NCBI GenBank assembly: GCA_030167145.1
Contig: CP126532.1
Span: forward strand, 4,290,001 to 4,322,000
From: Ktedonobacterales bacterium
GTDB taxonomy: Bacteria; Chloroflexota; Ktedonobacteria; Ktedonobacterales; JADMIN01
DNA length: 32,000 nt
Direction: 5' to 3'
The translations under genes and the position numbers were made by a program. Positions within the stretch are counted from its first letter, which is position 1. Each line of letters opens with the position of its first letter. Below the pieces are notes generated by a model. It saw only the letters and a program-made list of their open reading frames with translations, did no database searches and was not told the DNA's origin. Positions 15,447-24,272 of this stretch are shown in pieces.

Positions 15447-16193
15447 ATGAAATTTCTGCTCACGTCCTCTGGTATCAGCAATACGAGCATCCACAACGCG
15501 CTGGTCGAGCTTCTGGGCAAACCGATTACTGAGTCCAGCGCCCTGATCATTCCCACCGCGATCTACCCTTTCCCTGGCGGTGCTGGCATGGCATGGCGGG
15601 CGATCTGCGGAGTGGCCAAAAGCCCCTTGTGCGGATTGGGCTGGAAGTCGTTGGGCGTGCTGGAGCTGACCGCGCTGCCCAGCATTGATGGCGAAGCTTG
15701 GATCCCCATGATCCAGGAGACTGACGCCCTGCTGGTTTGGGGCGGCGACCCGCTGTATCTGAGCCACTGGATGCGACAGTCGGGACTGGCAGACCTGTTG
15801 CCGTCGCTGCGGCGCGAGATGGTCTACGTGGGGGTGAGCGCCGGGAGCATGGCGACGGCCGCCACCTTCGGCGAGACTTACCTTGATCCGCCCAGGGGCA
15901 GCGGTGAGGCGGTCACGTCGGAAGACATCGTGTTCGCCACACCCCAGGGAGACATCAGCAGGATCTTGGTTACGGCTCAGGGAGTGGGACTGGTGGACTT
16001 TGCGTTGATTCCGCACCTGGATCACGAGGATCACCCGGACGCTTCCCTGGCCAGCGCAGAACAGTGGGCCGCGAGGCTACAAGTACAGGTACCCGTGCCA
16101 ATGTACGCGATTGACGATCAGACCGCCATCAAAGTCGTTGACGGAGCCGTCGAAGTCATTTCCGAGGGGCATTGGAAACTGTTTGTCTCTTAG
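15447..16193 (+). CDS. peptidase S51 family (dipeptidase E-like, class I glutamine-amidotransferase-like fold)
   Basis: The protein begins MKFLLTSSGISNTS..., and the nucleophile elbow is VGVSAGSMA with a His in IPHLDHE. I moved the start to ATG 15447 (GAGGAGAGG upstream), since the 5' extension in track ORF 15297..16193 is not protein-like. The gene is visibly less GC-rich than its neighbours. Confidence 0.8.
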   Translation: MKFLLTSSGISNTSIHNALVELLGKPITESSALIIPTAIYPFPGGAGMAWRAICGVAKSPLCGLGWKSLGVLELTALPSIDGEAWIPMIQETDALLVWGGDPLYLSHWMRQSGLADLLPSLRREMVYVGVSAGSMATAATFGETYLDPPRGSGEAVTSEDIVFATPQGDISRILVTAQGVGLVDFALIPHLDHEDHPDASLASAEQWAARLQVQVPVPMYAIDDQTAIKVVDGAVEVISEGHWKLFVS

Positions 16194-16435
16194 GATGCTC
16201 TATGTACGTGTCTAACAGCATATTTGGCATGGCGTCAGAGATGTTGTCCTATGCGCGTCAACAAGTGACGAATCATCGCTAGCTCGATGAGTGTGTCGCT
16301 CCTTTGGACTTTGCGTTCGTAGTCGCGGCTTCACCGCCGGTAGCGCAGATGTGGAGTGAGGATGCGCTATAATGCCGGTAGTCGCGAGCGGGCGGCTGGG
16401 CTGGCGGGCGATAAGAAAGGCTGAGGGGCGACCGC

Positions 16436-17287
16436 ATGACGCTGGAGGATCTTGCCCGCAAGGCGCGTATCGTGGAGGATGCGTGGTGCGCGGCGTGGGC
16501 GTCACTGGGGGCGCTGTCTGCTATCCCGCGCACCTTCGCGGATGATACGCCGGATTTTCTGCGGGTGTATACCCCAACGCAGCAGGAGATGCTGCTGAAT
16601 ATTGTTCTGCGCTATCGCAGCGCGGAACCGGTGACGGCGGCGAGCATCGAGCGCGTGATTGCGCCGTACCGGAAGCACCGGTTGCCGTTTCAGTGGTGGC
16701 TGACGCTGGGAAGCGATCCACCGGGACTGCGCGAGCACTTGCATGCGCTGGGCATGCGAAGCTGGGGCGGGGCGACGGCGATGACGCTCGACTTCGCGGG
16801 GTGGGAGCCGCGCTACCATGCGTCCGCGCCGGATGTGACGTTGGCGCAGGCGAACACGGCCCAGGATACGCAGGCGGTGTTGCGTGTGATCTGCGATGTG
16901 TTCTATGTGCCGGAGCGACCGATGGCGCGGTGGACGACGGAGAATCCAGCGTTTCAGGTGTATCTTGCGCGGCTGTCGGGGCGGCCGGTGTCGGCGCTGG
17001 CGACGATGTGGCACGAGGGCGTGGTGGGGGTCTATCATGTGGCGACGCTGCCGATGGCGCGGCGGCGGGGGATTTCGGGAAATCTACTGCTGCTGGCGCT
17101 GCGCGAGGCGCGTGAGGCGGGTTGTGCGCTGGCCTCGCTGACGGCGACGGCGGAGGCGCGGCATCTGTACGAGGAGCTTGGGTTTGCGAGTTGCGGGATG
17201 ATGGAGCAGTGGTCGCCGGGGTATGACCTGAACACCATGCTGACGGCCGGCAACCGGAAGCGCCCACTCTATAACAGTCCAGCGTAA
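16436..17287 (+). CDS. GNAT family N-acetyltransferase
   Basis: The acetyl-CoA binding core is GVYHVATLPMARRRGISGNLLLLALREAREAGCALASLTATAEARHLYEELGF (the R-x-x-G-x-G/A motif region). GAGGGG lies 7 nt upstream of the ATG. Confidence 0.85.
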   Translation: MTLEDLARKARIVEDAWCAAWASLGALSAIPRTFADDTPDFLRVYTPTQQEMLLNIVLRYRSAEPVTAASIERVIAPYRKHRLPFQWWLTLGSDPPGLREHLHALGMRSWGGATAMTLDFAGWEPRYHASAPDVTLAQANTAQDTQAVLRVICDVFYVPERPMARWTTENPAFQVYLARLSGRPVSALATMWHEGVVGVYHVATLPMARRRGISGNLLLLALREAREAGCALASLTATAEARHLYEELGFASCGMMEQWSPGYDLNTMLTAGNRKRPLYNSPA

Positions 17288-17302
17288 GCATACGGAGGCA
17301 AT

Positions 17303-18220
17303 ATGGCAGAGAAGGTGCTTTCGATGGCAGAGGCGATCCGGCGCTATGTGCCGGATGGCAGTAGTGTGGCGCTGGGATTGGCGCTGGAGCCGCTGATACC
17401 GTTCGCGGCGGGGCATGAGTTGATCCGCCAGCAACGGCGGGATCTGACATTGATCGGCCCGATTTCGGATATTTTATTCGACCAGCTTATCGGCGCGGGA
17501 TGTGTGGGGCGGGTGAAGGCGGCATGGGTGGGCAATGTGAGCGAGGGGCTGGGGTATAATTACCGGCGCGCGACGGAGCAGGGCATACCACGGGGGCTGG
17601 AAGTGGAGGATTACAGCAATTATAGCGTTGGGCTGGCGCTGCTGGCCGCCGCGCTGGGTGTGCCGTATATCCCGATGCGGTCGCTACTGGGCAGTGACAT
17701 CGCACGCGACCATCCGGCGATACGTCCCGCGCCGTCGCCGCTGGATGGCACGCCAACACTGCTGGTTCCGGCGTTGCAGCCGGATGTGGCGATTGTACAT
17801 GTGCAGCGGGCGGATGCCGAGGGGCGGGCGCACGTGTGGGGTGGGTTGGGCGTCTGCGAGGAGGCGGCGCTGGCGGCGCGCGGGGTAATCTATACGGCTG
17901 AGGAGATTGTGCCGTCTGAAGTGATTCTGAGCGACCCAAACCGGGTGCTGGCGCCGGAGATGAAGACGCTGGCAGTGGTGCATGCGCCGGGGGGCGCGCA
18001 TCCGTCGCCGGTGCAGGGCTACTATAACCGCGACCATGCGGCATTTGCGGAATATCATGAGCGCTCGCGGACGGCTGAGGATTTCGCGGAGTGGCTGCGC
18101 GAGTGGGTGATGGGGCAGCCGGACCGGGCGAGCTATCTGGCGCACCTGGGGGACGAACGCTGGCGTAGCTTGCGGGCGCGTGAGCAGCGGCTGGCCGCGC
18201 CGGTGGACTACGGCTACTGA
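17303..18220 (+). CDS. CoA-transferase subunit A (glutaconate/3-oxoacid CoA-transferase family)
   Basis: The N-terminus MAEKVLSMAEAIRRYVPDGSSVALG is typical of subunit A. It is directly followed by a subunit B-like gene. Confidence 0.85.
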   Translation: MAEKVLSMAEAIRRYVPDGSSVALGLALEPLIPFAAGHELIRQQRRDLTLIGPISDILFDQLIGAGCVGRVKAAWVGNVSEGLGYNYRRATEQGIPRGLEVEDYSNYSVGLALLAAALGVPYIPMRSLLGSDIARDHPAIRPAPSPLDGTPTLLVPALQPDVAIVHVQRADAEGRAHVWGGLGVCEEAALAARGVIYTAEEIVPSEVILSDPNRVLAPEMKTLAVVHAPGGAHPSPVQGYYNRDHAAFAEYHERSRTAEDFAEWLREWVMGQPDRASYLAHLGDERWRSLRAREQRLAAPVDYGY

Positions 18221-18240
18221 GATGTTTGGGAGGGAGCGTT

Positions 18241-19014
18241 ATGAGCACAGCAGCCGGTGAGTATACGCCGCAAGAGTTGATGGTGGTTTGCGCGGCGCGG
18301 CAGATCCGCGACGGCGAGGTGGTGTTCGTGGGGATGCGGCTGCCGCTGATCGCCTTCGCGCTGGCGAAGCGGACGCATGCGCCGACGGCGGTGGGATTGT
18401 TCGAGAATGGGTTGGTGCGCGATACACCATCGCCGGAGTTGCTGCTGACGATGGGGGATGCGCCGAACATCTTGGGGGCGGAGTGGGCGACGCGGACGGT
18501 GGCGCTGATGGGGCTGCTGGCGCAGGGCTGCGCGCAGCTAGGATTCGTGGGTGGCGCGGAGGTGGACCGTTTCGGGAATCTGAATACGTCGTATGTGGGC
18601 AGGCGTGAGCATCCGACGGTGAAGCTGCCGGGGAGCGGTGGGGGCGCGGATATCGCGTCGCTGGCGGGGCGGCTGGCGATCATCATGGCGCATGACCGCA
18701 AGCGTTTCCCGGAGCGGGTGAGCTATGTCACGAGTCCGGGGTATGGCGATGGCGGTGACTGGCGAGAGCGGGTGGGGCTGCCACGCGGGGGTCCGGCGGC
18801 GGTGATTACGACGCTGGCGGTGTTGGGTTTCACGGATGATACGCATGAGATGGAGTTGCGGTCGTGGCATCCGGGGGGCAGTCCTGAGGGTGTGCGGGCG
18901 CAGACGGGGTGGGATCTGCGGGTGGCGGCGGATGCGACGGAGACGCCTGCGCCGACGGCGGATGAGTTGCGTATCATTCGGGAGTGCGACCCGCAGGGGT
19001 TTTGGACGCGGTGA
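18241..19014 (+). CDS. CoA-transferase subunit B
   Basis: The protein begins MSTAAGEYTPQELMVVCAARQIRDGEVVFVGMRLP..., and GNLNTSYVG and LPGSGGGADIA match subunit-B patterns. I chose ATG 18241 (GGGAGGGA upstream) over TTG 18226. Confidence 0.85.
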   Translation: MSTAAGEYTPQELMVVCAARQIRDGEVVFVGMRLPLIAFALAKRTHAPTAVGLFENGLVRDTPSPELLLTMGDAPNILGAEWATRTVALMGLLAQGCAQLGFVGGAEVDRFGNLNTSYVGRREHPTVKLPGSGGGADIASLAGRLAIIMAHDRKRFPERVSYVTSPGYGDGGDWRERVGLPRGGPAAVITTLAVLGFTDDTHEMELRSWHPGGSPEGVRAQTGWDLRVAADATETPAPTADELRIIRECDPQGFWTR

Positions 19015-19101
19015 GATAGCCATGTGGTATGTGGGGAGTTGCATTGCGAGCGGTGGTTGTGGTATGGTTAGACGCGCCGGAAGTGAAAGCTTCCGGCATA
19101 T

Positions 19102-19172
19102 TCCGGGATCGTCTAGTGGTAGGACAGCTGACTCTGGATCAGTCAACCGTGGTTCGAATCCACGTCCCGGAG
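19102..19172 (+). tRNA. tRNA-Gln (anticodon CTG)
   Basis: I folded the cloverleaf by hand. The acceptor stem is TCCGGGA/TCCCGGA, the D arm is GTCTAGTGGTAGGAC, and the anticodon stem GCTGA/TCAGT carries loop CTCTGGA (U33, anticodon CTG, purine 37). The T arm is CGTGG-TTCGAAT-CCACG and the discriminator is G. CCA is not encoded. Confidence 0.9.
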
Positions 19173-19191
19173 CTAATCGAGCAGGTGGCGC

Positions 19192-19218
19192 AAGGCTGGT
19201 GATATGCCAGCCTTTTTT
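19192..19218 (+). terminator. intrinsic terminator after tRNA-Gln
   Basis: The stem AAGGCTGG/CCAGCCTT has a 7-nt loop and runs into a T6 tract (ccagccTTTTTTcg). Confidence 0.75.
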
Positions 19219-19288
19219 CGTACCCGCAAATGTGATGCATGGAGCCGAGAGCGCGAACAGATACCGCACTGAAATCGCGAGAGGTTCG

Positions 19289-20344
19289 ATGGAAATGCAG
19301 CAGGTTCAGCGTCAGGCAACGGTGATGTTTAGTTCGCTCCTCGGTGAGGCTGCTCCGCTGGATTTCCTGGTCGCAGCATCAAAGGATACTGATGCCGAGG
19401 TGCGTAAACTGGTGTGTATTGCCTTGCAAAGTTTAGCACACCGGGCGAATCCTGACTGGCTGATCCCATTGCTTGGGGATCGCGAGGCTGAGGTGCGGCG
19501 TTACGCAGAGGAAGCGCTCATTCCGTATGGCAATCGCGTGCCGCTTGAGGCCGTCCTTCACGCGCTGGTTGAGCGGGGTGTGGATTTCGAAGACCCGCTG
19601 GCCCAGGTGCTAGGGTCGTTCAAGGAGGATTTCCCGCGCAGTGTGTTGGAGCGTCTGGCCGAATCGCAGGGTGAGGTCGCTGCGGTCATTCTCGGCGAAT
19701 TGGGAACTGCGGCCCCAACTGATCTGCTCGATGCGCTGTTGGCAGTCCCATTTAGCGAAAGCACTCGTCCAATGCGATTTGAGGCCCTCTTGGCAGCGAA
19801 GAAGCTGAAAAGCTCACAGCTCGCTCCGAGATTGGCTGCCATCATGCGGGATGAGCAGGACTTCAGTCGTTTCTCCGCTGCGGCTGCTTTGGGTGCGATT
19901 GGAGATCCTGTGTACATGCCGGAGATACTCGCATTGCTCCCGATCGCAAAGCCATTGGATTTCAGCGATGTTGCCGATGGACTGTCGGGCTTTGGCGAGC
20001 AGATGCCGGTTGATGAGATGGTGGAGTTTATCCTGGCCTATCCGTCAGACGGCAACGAGGACATCGGCGACCTGCTTGATGCTCTCCGATTTGCTGGAAA
20101 ACATACGCCGTATGAATTTCTGGTGTCCTATGTTCAAGACGCGGACAGAGATCCAGAAGCGCGAGGGGCTGCGGCAAAGGCCCTCGCATCGTTTGCTGGC
20201 GCGGGCCTGACAACGACGCAACAGTATGATTTCGCACTTCACGTGCTCATTGAATTGCTCCAATCAGAAGGCGATCCTCTGTTTCGTCACTCCGTTGCTT
20301 ACTGCCTTGGCTTAATCAAGGATCCTATTGTACTTGAACCGTAG
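19289..20344 (+). CDS. HEAT-repeat (PBS-lyase-type HEAT-like) protein
   Basis: The protein begins MEMQQVQRQ.... It has repeated D-x-D/E-x-x-VR-x-x-A-x-x-AL-type units (DTDAEVRKLVCIALQSL, DREAEVRRYAEEALIPY, DPEARGAAAKALASF). The 5' part of track ORF 18836..20344 reads through the tRNA and is not coding. The gene ends at TAG 20342-20344. Confidence 0.7.
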   Translation: MEMQQVQRQATVMFSSLLGEAAPLDFLVAASKDTDAEVRKLVCIALQSLAHRANPDWLIPLLGDREAEVRRYAEEALIPYGNRVPLEAVLHALVERGVDFEDPLAQVLGSFKEDFPRSVLERLAESQGEVAAVILGELGTAAPTDLLDALLAVPFSESTRPMRFEALLAAKKLKSSQLAPRLAAIMRDEQDFSRFSAAAALGAIGDPVYMPEILALLPIAKPLDFSDVADGLSGFGEQMPVDEMVEFILAYPSDGNEDIGDLLDALRFAGKHTPYEFLVSYVQDADRDPEARGAAAKALASFAGAGLTTTQQYDFALHVLIELLQSEGDPLFRHSVAYCLGLIKDPIVLEP

Positions 20345-20734
20345 ATGGCGGTTACCTCCGCAAATGATGAAAGTAGTCTGGTTGCAATTCATGCAGCGCA
20401 AGGATTGTATCTTTTGGCGATGGCCGGGGTGCATGCGCCGGTCGAGATGTGGAAAACAGTGCTCGACCACACGTCAGACATGCGGCGCAAATTTGCCATT
20501 CTGGCTCTCGGTAGCCGCGAGGATGCGCCGTCACAATTATTGCTTGACTATTTTGCTGATCCTCATCTCACGGAGTTGGTGCATGAACAACTTCTCCTGC
20601 ATCCGACGTCCAATGTGTTCGACCTGGCTAAGCATCACCTAGCAAATCTTGCCCAGGAGGGCAATGACCAGCTCGGCCCTGCGGCACGCAAAGCGCTGAC
20701 AGTTCTTGAAGGGTCAAGGAACCGTGGTCGCTGA
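20345..20734 (+). CDS. HEAT-repeat-like protein, in the same frame as and directly abutting the preceding HEAT ORF (possible C-terminal half of a TAG-interrupted gene)
   Basis: The ATG immediately follows the TAG of the upstream ORF in the same frame, and no SD is visible. The sequence continues the helical-repeat style (DESSLVAIHAAQGLYLLAMAG, DMRRKFAILALGSRED). Confidence 0.55.
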   Translation: MAVTSANDESSLVAIHAAQGLYLLAMAGVHAPVEMWKTVLDHTSDMRRKFAILALGSREDAPSQLLLDYFADPHLTELVHEQLLLHPTSNVFDLAKHHLANLAQEGNDQLGPAARKALTVLEGSRNRGR

Positions 20735-20836
20735 TAAGATGTACGGAGCGGCGAGCAGCGGGCTATTCAGCTATCATTGCGGATGGGCCGCTAGATGCCG
20801 GAGATCGCAGATTGAGCCAGGTGAGGGGAGGGCAGT

Positions 20837-21646
20837 ATGGGAAGCGACGATATACTGACGCGGTCCGCGCCGCCTGCTGATGCGCGGATACACTATGGAA
20901 CGGATGAGTGGCAGTTCGGCGATCTGCGGCTGCCGAGCGGGGCGGGGCCGCATCCGCTGGTGATCGGCATCCACGGGGGGTACTGGCGGGCGCGGTATGG
21001 GTTGGAGCATTTCGGGCACGCCTGCGCGGCGCTGACGGCGGAGGGCTATGCGACGTGGAATATCGAGTATCGGCGGATTGGGAATACTGGCGGGGGCTGG
21101 CCAGGGACGCTGCTGGATATGGCGCGGGCGGCGGATTACGCGCGGACGCTGGCGGAGAGCTATCCGCTGGACCTGAGCCGTGTGGTGACGGTGGGGCATT
21201 CAGCGGGTGGGCATTGCGCCTGCTGGCTGGCAGGGCGGCGGCGTATCGCCGCCGATAGCGCGGTGTATGTGGATGATCCTTTGCCGCTGCGAGGGGCGAT
21301 GGCGCTGGCGGGTGCGCTGGATCTGCGGCGGGCGTGGGAACTGCGGTTGAGCGAGGGGGTGGTGGGCGATTTTCTCGGCGGGACGCCGGAGGAGTATCCC
21401 GACCGGTATGATGCGGCGTCGCCCTTCGCGTTGCTGCCGCTGGCGGTGCGCCAGACGCTGGTGCATGGCACGGCTGATGAGGATGTGCCATATGGCATGA
21501 GCGCGGAGTACGCGGCGCGGGCACGGGAATTGGGGGACGCGGTGGAATTGGTGACGCTGCCGGACGTGGGACATTTCGAGTTGATAGACCCACAGGCGAA
21601 GGAGTGGGCGGCAGTGGTGGAGGCGGTACGGCAGATGGTGGGATGA
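20837..21646 (+). CDS. alpha/beta hydrolase (esterase / arylformamidase-like)
   Basis: The oxyanion region is VIGIHGGYWRARYG, the nucleophile elbow is GHSAGGH, and the C-terminal His is in DVGHFELI. Confidence 0.85.
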   Translation: MGSDDILTRSAPPADARIHYGTDEWQFGDLRLPSGAGPHPLVIGIHGGYWRARYGLEHFGHACAALTAEGYATWNIEYRRIGNTGGGWPGTLLDMARAADYARTLAESYPLDLSRVVTVGHSAGGHCACWLAGRRRIAADSAVYVDDPLPLRGAMALAGALDLRRAWELRLSEGVVGDFLGGTPEEYPDRYDAASPFALLPLAVRQTLVHGTADEDVPYGMSAEYAARARELGDAVELVTLPDVGHFELIDPQAKEWAAVVEAVRQMVG

Positions 21647-21751
21647 TGGCGCGGTGGGTTTGCGGTGGTGGGGATGGGCGCGGTACGCTGAGGGGAACGC
21701 GGCGCGAGTATACTAGTGTGTGCCGCGCTACATCGCTGGTTGGAGGTTTGC

Positions 21752-22060
21752 ATGCGATGGTTTCTCAGGCTACCGGGGTCGCTGCGCTATATGTTCATTG
21801 TGTCGGCGCTGGTGCTGGTGGTCGCGATAGTTGAGATTGCGCGCGGTGATCTGTTCGGATGGGTTGTCGCGGGTATCCTGCTGGTCTATATGCCGCTGAT
21901 TGTTCTCAGCGCACGAGCAAGGAACCAAGGTGGTGATGCCCGCTATCTGCCGCCGGACCGCGACCGCGAGTGGCCGGGGGTGAACAAGGCGAATGGCGCG
22001 CATCCGGTGGATGTGGAGCGCCCTGCTGAGCCACCCGCGCTGCCTCCGGATGGGCATTGA
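21752..22060 (+). CDS. small hypothetical membrane protein (two predicted TM helices, Pro-rich tail)
   Basis: The sequence MRWFLRLPGSLRYMFIVSALVLVVAIVEIARGDLFGWVVAGILLVYMPLIVLSA shows two TM helices. GGAGG lies 5 nt upstream of ATG 21752. I recognise no family. Confidence 0.45.
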   Translation: MRWFLRLPGSLRYMFIVSALVLVVAIVEIARGDLFGWVVAGILLVYMPLIVLSARARNQGGDARYLPPDRDREWPGVNKANGAHPVDVERPAEPPALPPDGH

Positions 22061-22201
22061 GGCGCACTGTGGCTATGAGGCGCTGGCGGGCAGCGATATG
22101 CCGAAGATGTCTTGCGTGTCGCCGCAGATGAGCGCGGGCGATGCTGTGCTTGCGGTGGCGCAGAATAGAACAAGGATACGCCACCGCGCGGGATATTGTT
22201 G

Positions 22202-22777
22202 CTAGCAGTCAGAGATGGGGTCGTCGGGGCGGAAGGTGGCCAGGATGCTGTCGTGGGTCTGCTGGACGGATTGAGGCTGGGTGGCGTCGAGGGTGTCGAG
22301 GGTGAAGTTGACGCCTTTGCTATCGAGGAAGGCCCAGGTGCGATGCACGCCTTCACCGACCGAGTATTTCATGGAGATGCCAGCGAGGGTCGTTGGTGTG
22401 CCGGTAAGCTGGCAGATGGATTGTAGCTGCGACTGGGTATAGCCGTATGCCTCGGTGACAGTGACGTTGCCGGGAGATTGCGTGGAGGCGAGGATGACGC
22501 CGCCGCCCATGAGGCCGGTTTGCGCGGGGCTGGTAGTGATGGACCAGCCAGGTGGGTAGGCGATGGTGAAGTGCGCGCCGCTGTAGACTTGCCAGCCGGA
22601 CGGGACGTTGGTGGGGGTGGGCGGCCCTGGAATGGGGGTGGCAGTGGGGGGAAGGGTTGCGGTTGGCTGCGGCGCGCTGGTATTTGTCGGGCCGGCGCCC
22701 GCAGACGCCTGGCCGCATGCGGTGGCAAGGCAGAGCATCAGGGCACAGAGGCCGAGAACGAGCATACGTCGAATCAA
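22202..22777 (-). CDS. hypothetical secreted lipoprotein
   Basis: The signal peptide with lipobox is MIRRMLVLGLCALMLCLATAC, followed by a Pro/Thr linker and then a beta-rich domain (GWQVYSGAHFTIAYPPGWSI...). The start is TTG with GGAGGG 5 nt upstream. Confidence 0.7.
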   Translation of the reverse strand: MIRRMLVLGLCALMLCLATACGQASAGAGPTNTSAPQPTATLPPTATPIPGPPTPTNVPSGWQVYSGAHFTIAYPPGWSITTSPAQTGLMGGGVILASTQSPGNVTVTEAYGYTQSQLQSICQLTGTPTTLAGISMKYSVGEGVHRTWAFLDSKGVNFTLDTLDATQPQSVQQTHDSILATFRPDDPISDC

Positions 22778-22816
22778 GAGATCCCTCCTCGGATGGTGCT
22801 GTGACGCAAATATGTT

Positions 22817-22847
22817 GGGAAGACATCACATGATGCGATGTCTTCCC
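22817..22847 (-). terminator. putative terminator hairpin downstream of the TolB-like/C39-like gene
   Basis: A perfect 11-bp stem GGGAAGACATC/GATGTCTTCCC with a 9-nt loop. On the minus strand it is followed by AACATATTT, a weak U-tract. Confidence 0.55.
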
Positions 22848-22879
22848 GTCAAGAGAATCAACCTGCCGTGAGACGACAA

Positions 22880-24214
22880 TTACTCACAGGGTGAGCCTGT
22901 CCCGGATGCCTTCTGGTAGAGGACCATCACGTTCAGGTAGTCACCAGCGTAGGCGCTCATCTGGACCTGGACGCCATTCCACGGGTCGTTGATGTAGTAG
23001 TTGGCTTCGTTGTGAGAGCCATCGCCGTAGACAACGACGAAGAAGTGCGTCTGGTTGCAGGTGCTGCCATCATAACAGATGCCCACAATCACTGGCCATC
23101 CTGACTTCAGGTAGCTATCGAGGGTGGACCAGGAGAAGCCCGGCCTGCTGATGAAGTTGGTGGTGTACCTATCGCAGCCGGGGCCGTTGGGTGGATTGAC
23201 CTGCGCGCCATACCAGTTGAGGCCATCGGCATAGCCCCACGGACTCAAGCAATTGTTCATGCCACGCGGATCGCCAACGGTCGAGCCGTTGTAGTCGAAG
23301 AGCATGGTCAGTGAAGTGAGCGCACAGCCATAGCCGCCGATGGACTGGTTGGCGGACTTCATCAGGTCGTTGGAGTAGTACTGGTTGTTCTGCGCGTAAA
23401 TCGGAACGTTCCAGCAGCCGGGGCCATAGTAGCACATGGGCTGAACACTATCATGTCCGGGCGTGACGGGGCAGTCGGGCTGAGTTATTGCGCTCGCAGT
23501 GCGCGCACCGGTGGCAAGGGATACCGTCCATTGCGTCTTCGGTGTGTAGGCGCTGTCAAAGAAGGTAATGGATTTACCATCCGCCGACCAGGAGGGCGCT
23601 TTGTTCATGCGGCCTTCGAAGCTGTAGTGGGTGAGGGCGCCACCAGTCATGACGAGACGCTGATTCGTTCCATTGGCGTTCAACACCCAAAGCTGCGGAG
23701 CGAAGGTCGTCAGATTCTCGCGGGCATAGAGGATTTGAGTGCTGTCTGGCGACCAGCGTGGCGCGTGAATCCAGAAGGTATTGCCAAGTTTGGCAATGAC
23801 CTGCTTGCGCAAGGTTCTCAGGTTCACCGTGGTGAAGATGGTATCGCGCATGTCCTCGCCAATGCCGGTGACGTAGAGCAGGGTCGCGCCGTTGGGGGAG
23901 ACGCTTGCCAATTGCGCGAACAAAGGATTGAGGCGCGCGGCGGTATCCGTGGCAACCGTGCGCGTGACGCCGTTCATACTGAGGCGTACCTGAGTGCCAA
24001 CAAAGGTTACTCGTGTTCCCTGAGTGCTGGTGGGCGGGAGGGGATCGCTCAAACCAGATGAATGAGCGTCATGCGGGGCGGCCTGGACGAGCAACGGCCC
24101 ACCAATGGATGCCAGGATAGCGAACATCACCGCGACTCCGATCAGGAGCCGCCGCCGAAGTGGTCTGGGGGACAACGCTTCAGTTTCCAAAGTTGCTTCC
24201 TTCCTGACTAGCAA
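22880..24214 (-). CDS. membrane-anchored fusion protein: TolB-like beta-propeller repeats plus C-terminal C39-like (YvpB / Peptidase_C39_2-type) cysteine peptidase domain
   Basis: There is an N-terminal TM segment (LLIGVAVMFAILASIGGPLLV). TolB/WD40-like repeat signatures are PRWSPDSTQILYA and PSWSADGKSITFF. The C-terminal domain has GGYGCALTSLTMLFDYNG (G-C-x-x-T-S-L-x-M, as around the catalytic Cys of YvpB-type C39-like peptidases), HFFVVVYG and INDPW. The start is TTG at 24214. Confidence 0.75.
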   Translation of the reverse strand: MLVRKEATLETEALSPRPLRRRLLIGVAVMFAILASIGGPLLVQAAPHDAHSSGLSDPLPPTSTQGTRVTFVGTQVRLSMNGVTRTVATDTAARLNPLFAQLASVSPNGATLLYVTGIGEDMRDTIFTTVNLRTLRKQVIAKLGNTFWIHAPRWSPDSTQILYARENLTTFAPQLWVLNANGTNQRLVMTGGALTHYSFEGRMNKAPSWSADGKSITFFDSAYTPKTQWTVSLATGARTASAITQPDCPVTPGHDSVQPMCYYGPGCWNVPIYAQNNQYYSNDLMKSANQSIGGYGCALTSLTMLFDYNGSTVGDPRGMNNCLSPWGYADGLNWYGAQVNPPNGPGCDRYTTNFISRPGFSWSTLDSYLKSGWPVIVGICYDGSTCNQTHFFVVVYGDGSHNEANYYINDPWNGVQVQMSAYAGDYLNVMVLYQKASGTGSPCE

Positions 24215-24243
24215 TCAGCGCAACGTTTGCGCTTCCTTTGAAG

Positions 24244-24272
24244 AGTATAAGAATGGAGTGCCTACTTGTCAA
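24244..24272 (-). promoter_or_regulatory. near-consensus sigma70-type promoter (TTGACA-17-TATACT) for the TolB-like/C39-like gene
   Basis: The minus strand reads TTGACA (24272-24267), a 17-nt spacer, then TATACT (24249-24244), about 30 nt upstream of the start codon. The -35 is embedded between two copies of CAAGTAGGCA. Confidence 0.6.

Noticed and set aside
18836-19288. The 5' part of the 502-aa ORF 18836..20344.
   Set aside because: It overlaps the 3' end of the CoA-transferase B gene in another frame and reads straight through tRNA-Gln and its terminator. The HEAT-repeat protein plausibly starts at ATG 19289.
20700-20840. I searched for a direct repeat of the tRNA-Gln 3' end (…GGTTCGAATCCACGTCCCGGAG) that would delimit an integrated island.
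   Set aside because: I found no convincing duplicate by eye (only GCCGGAGATC versus CCCGGAGCTA). No integrase gene is present.
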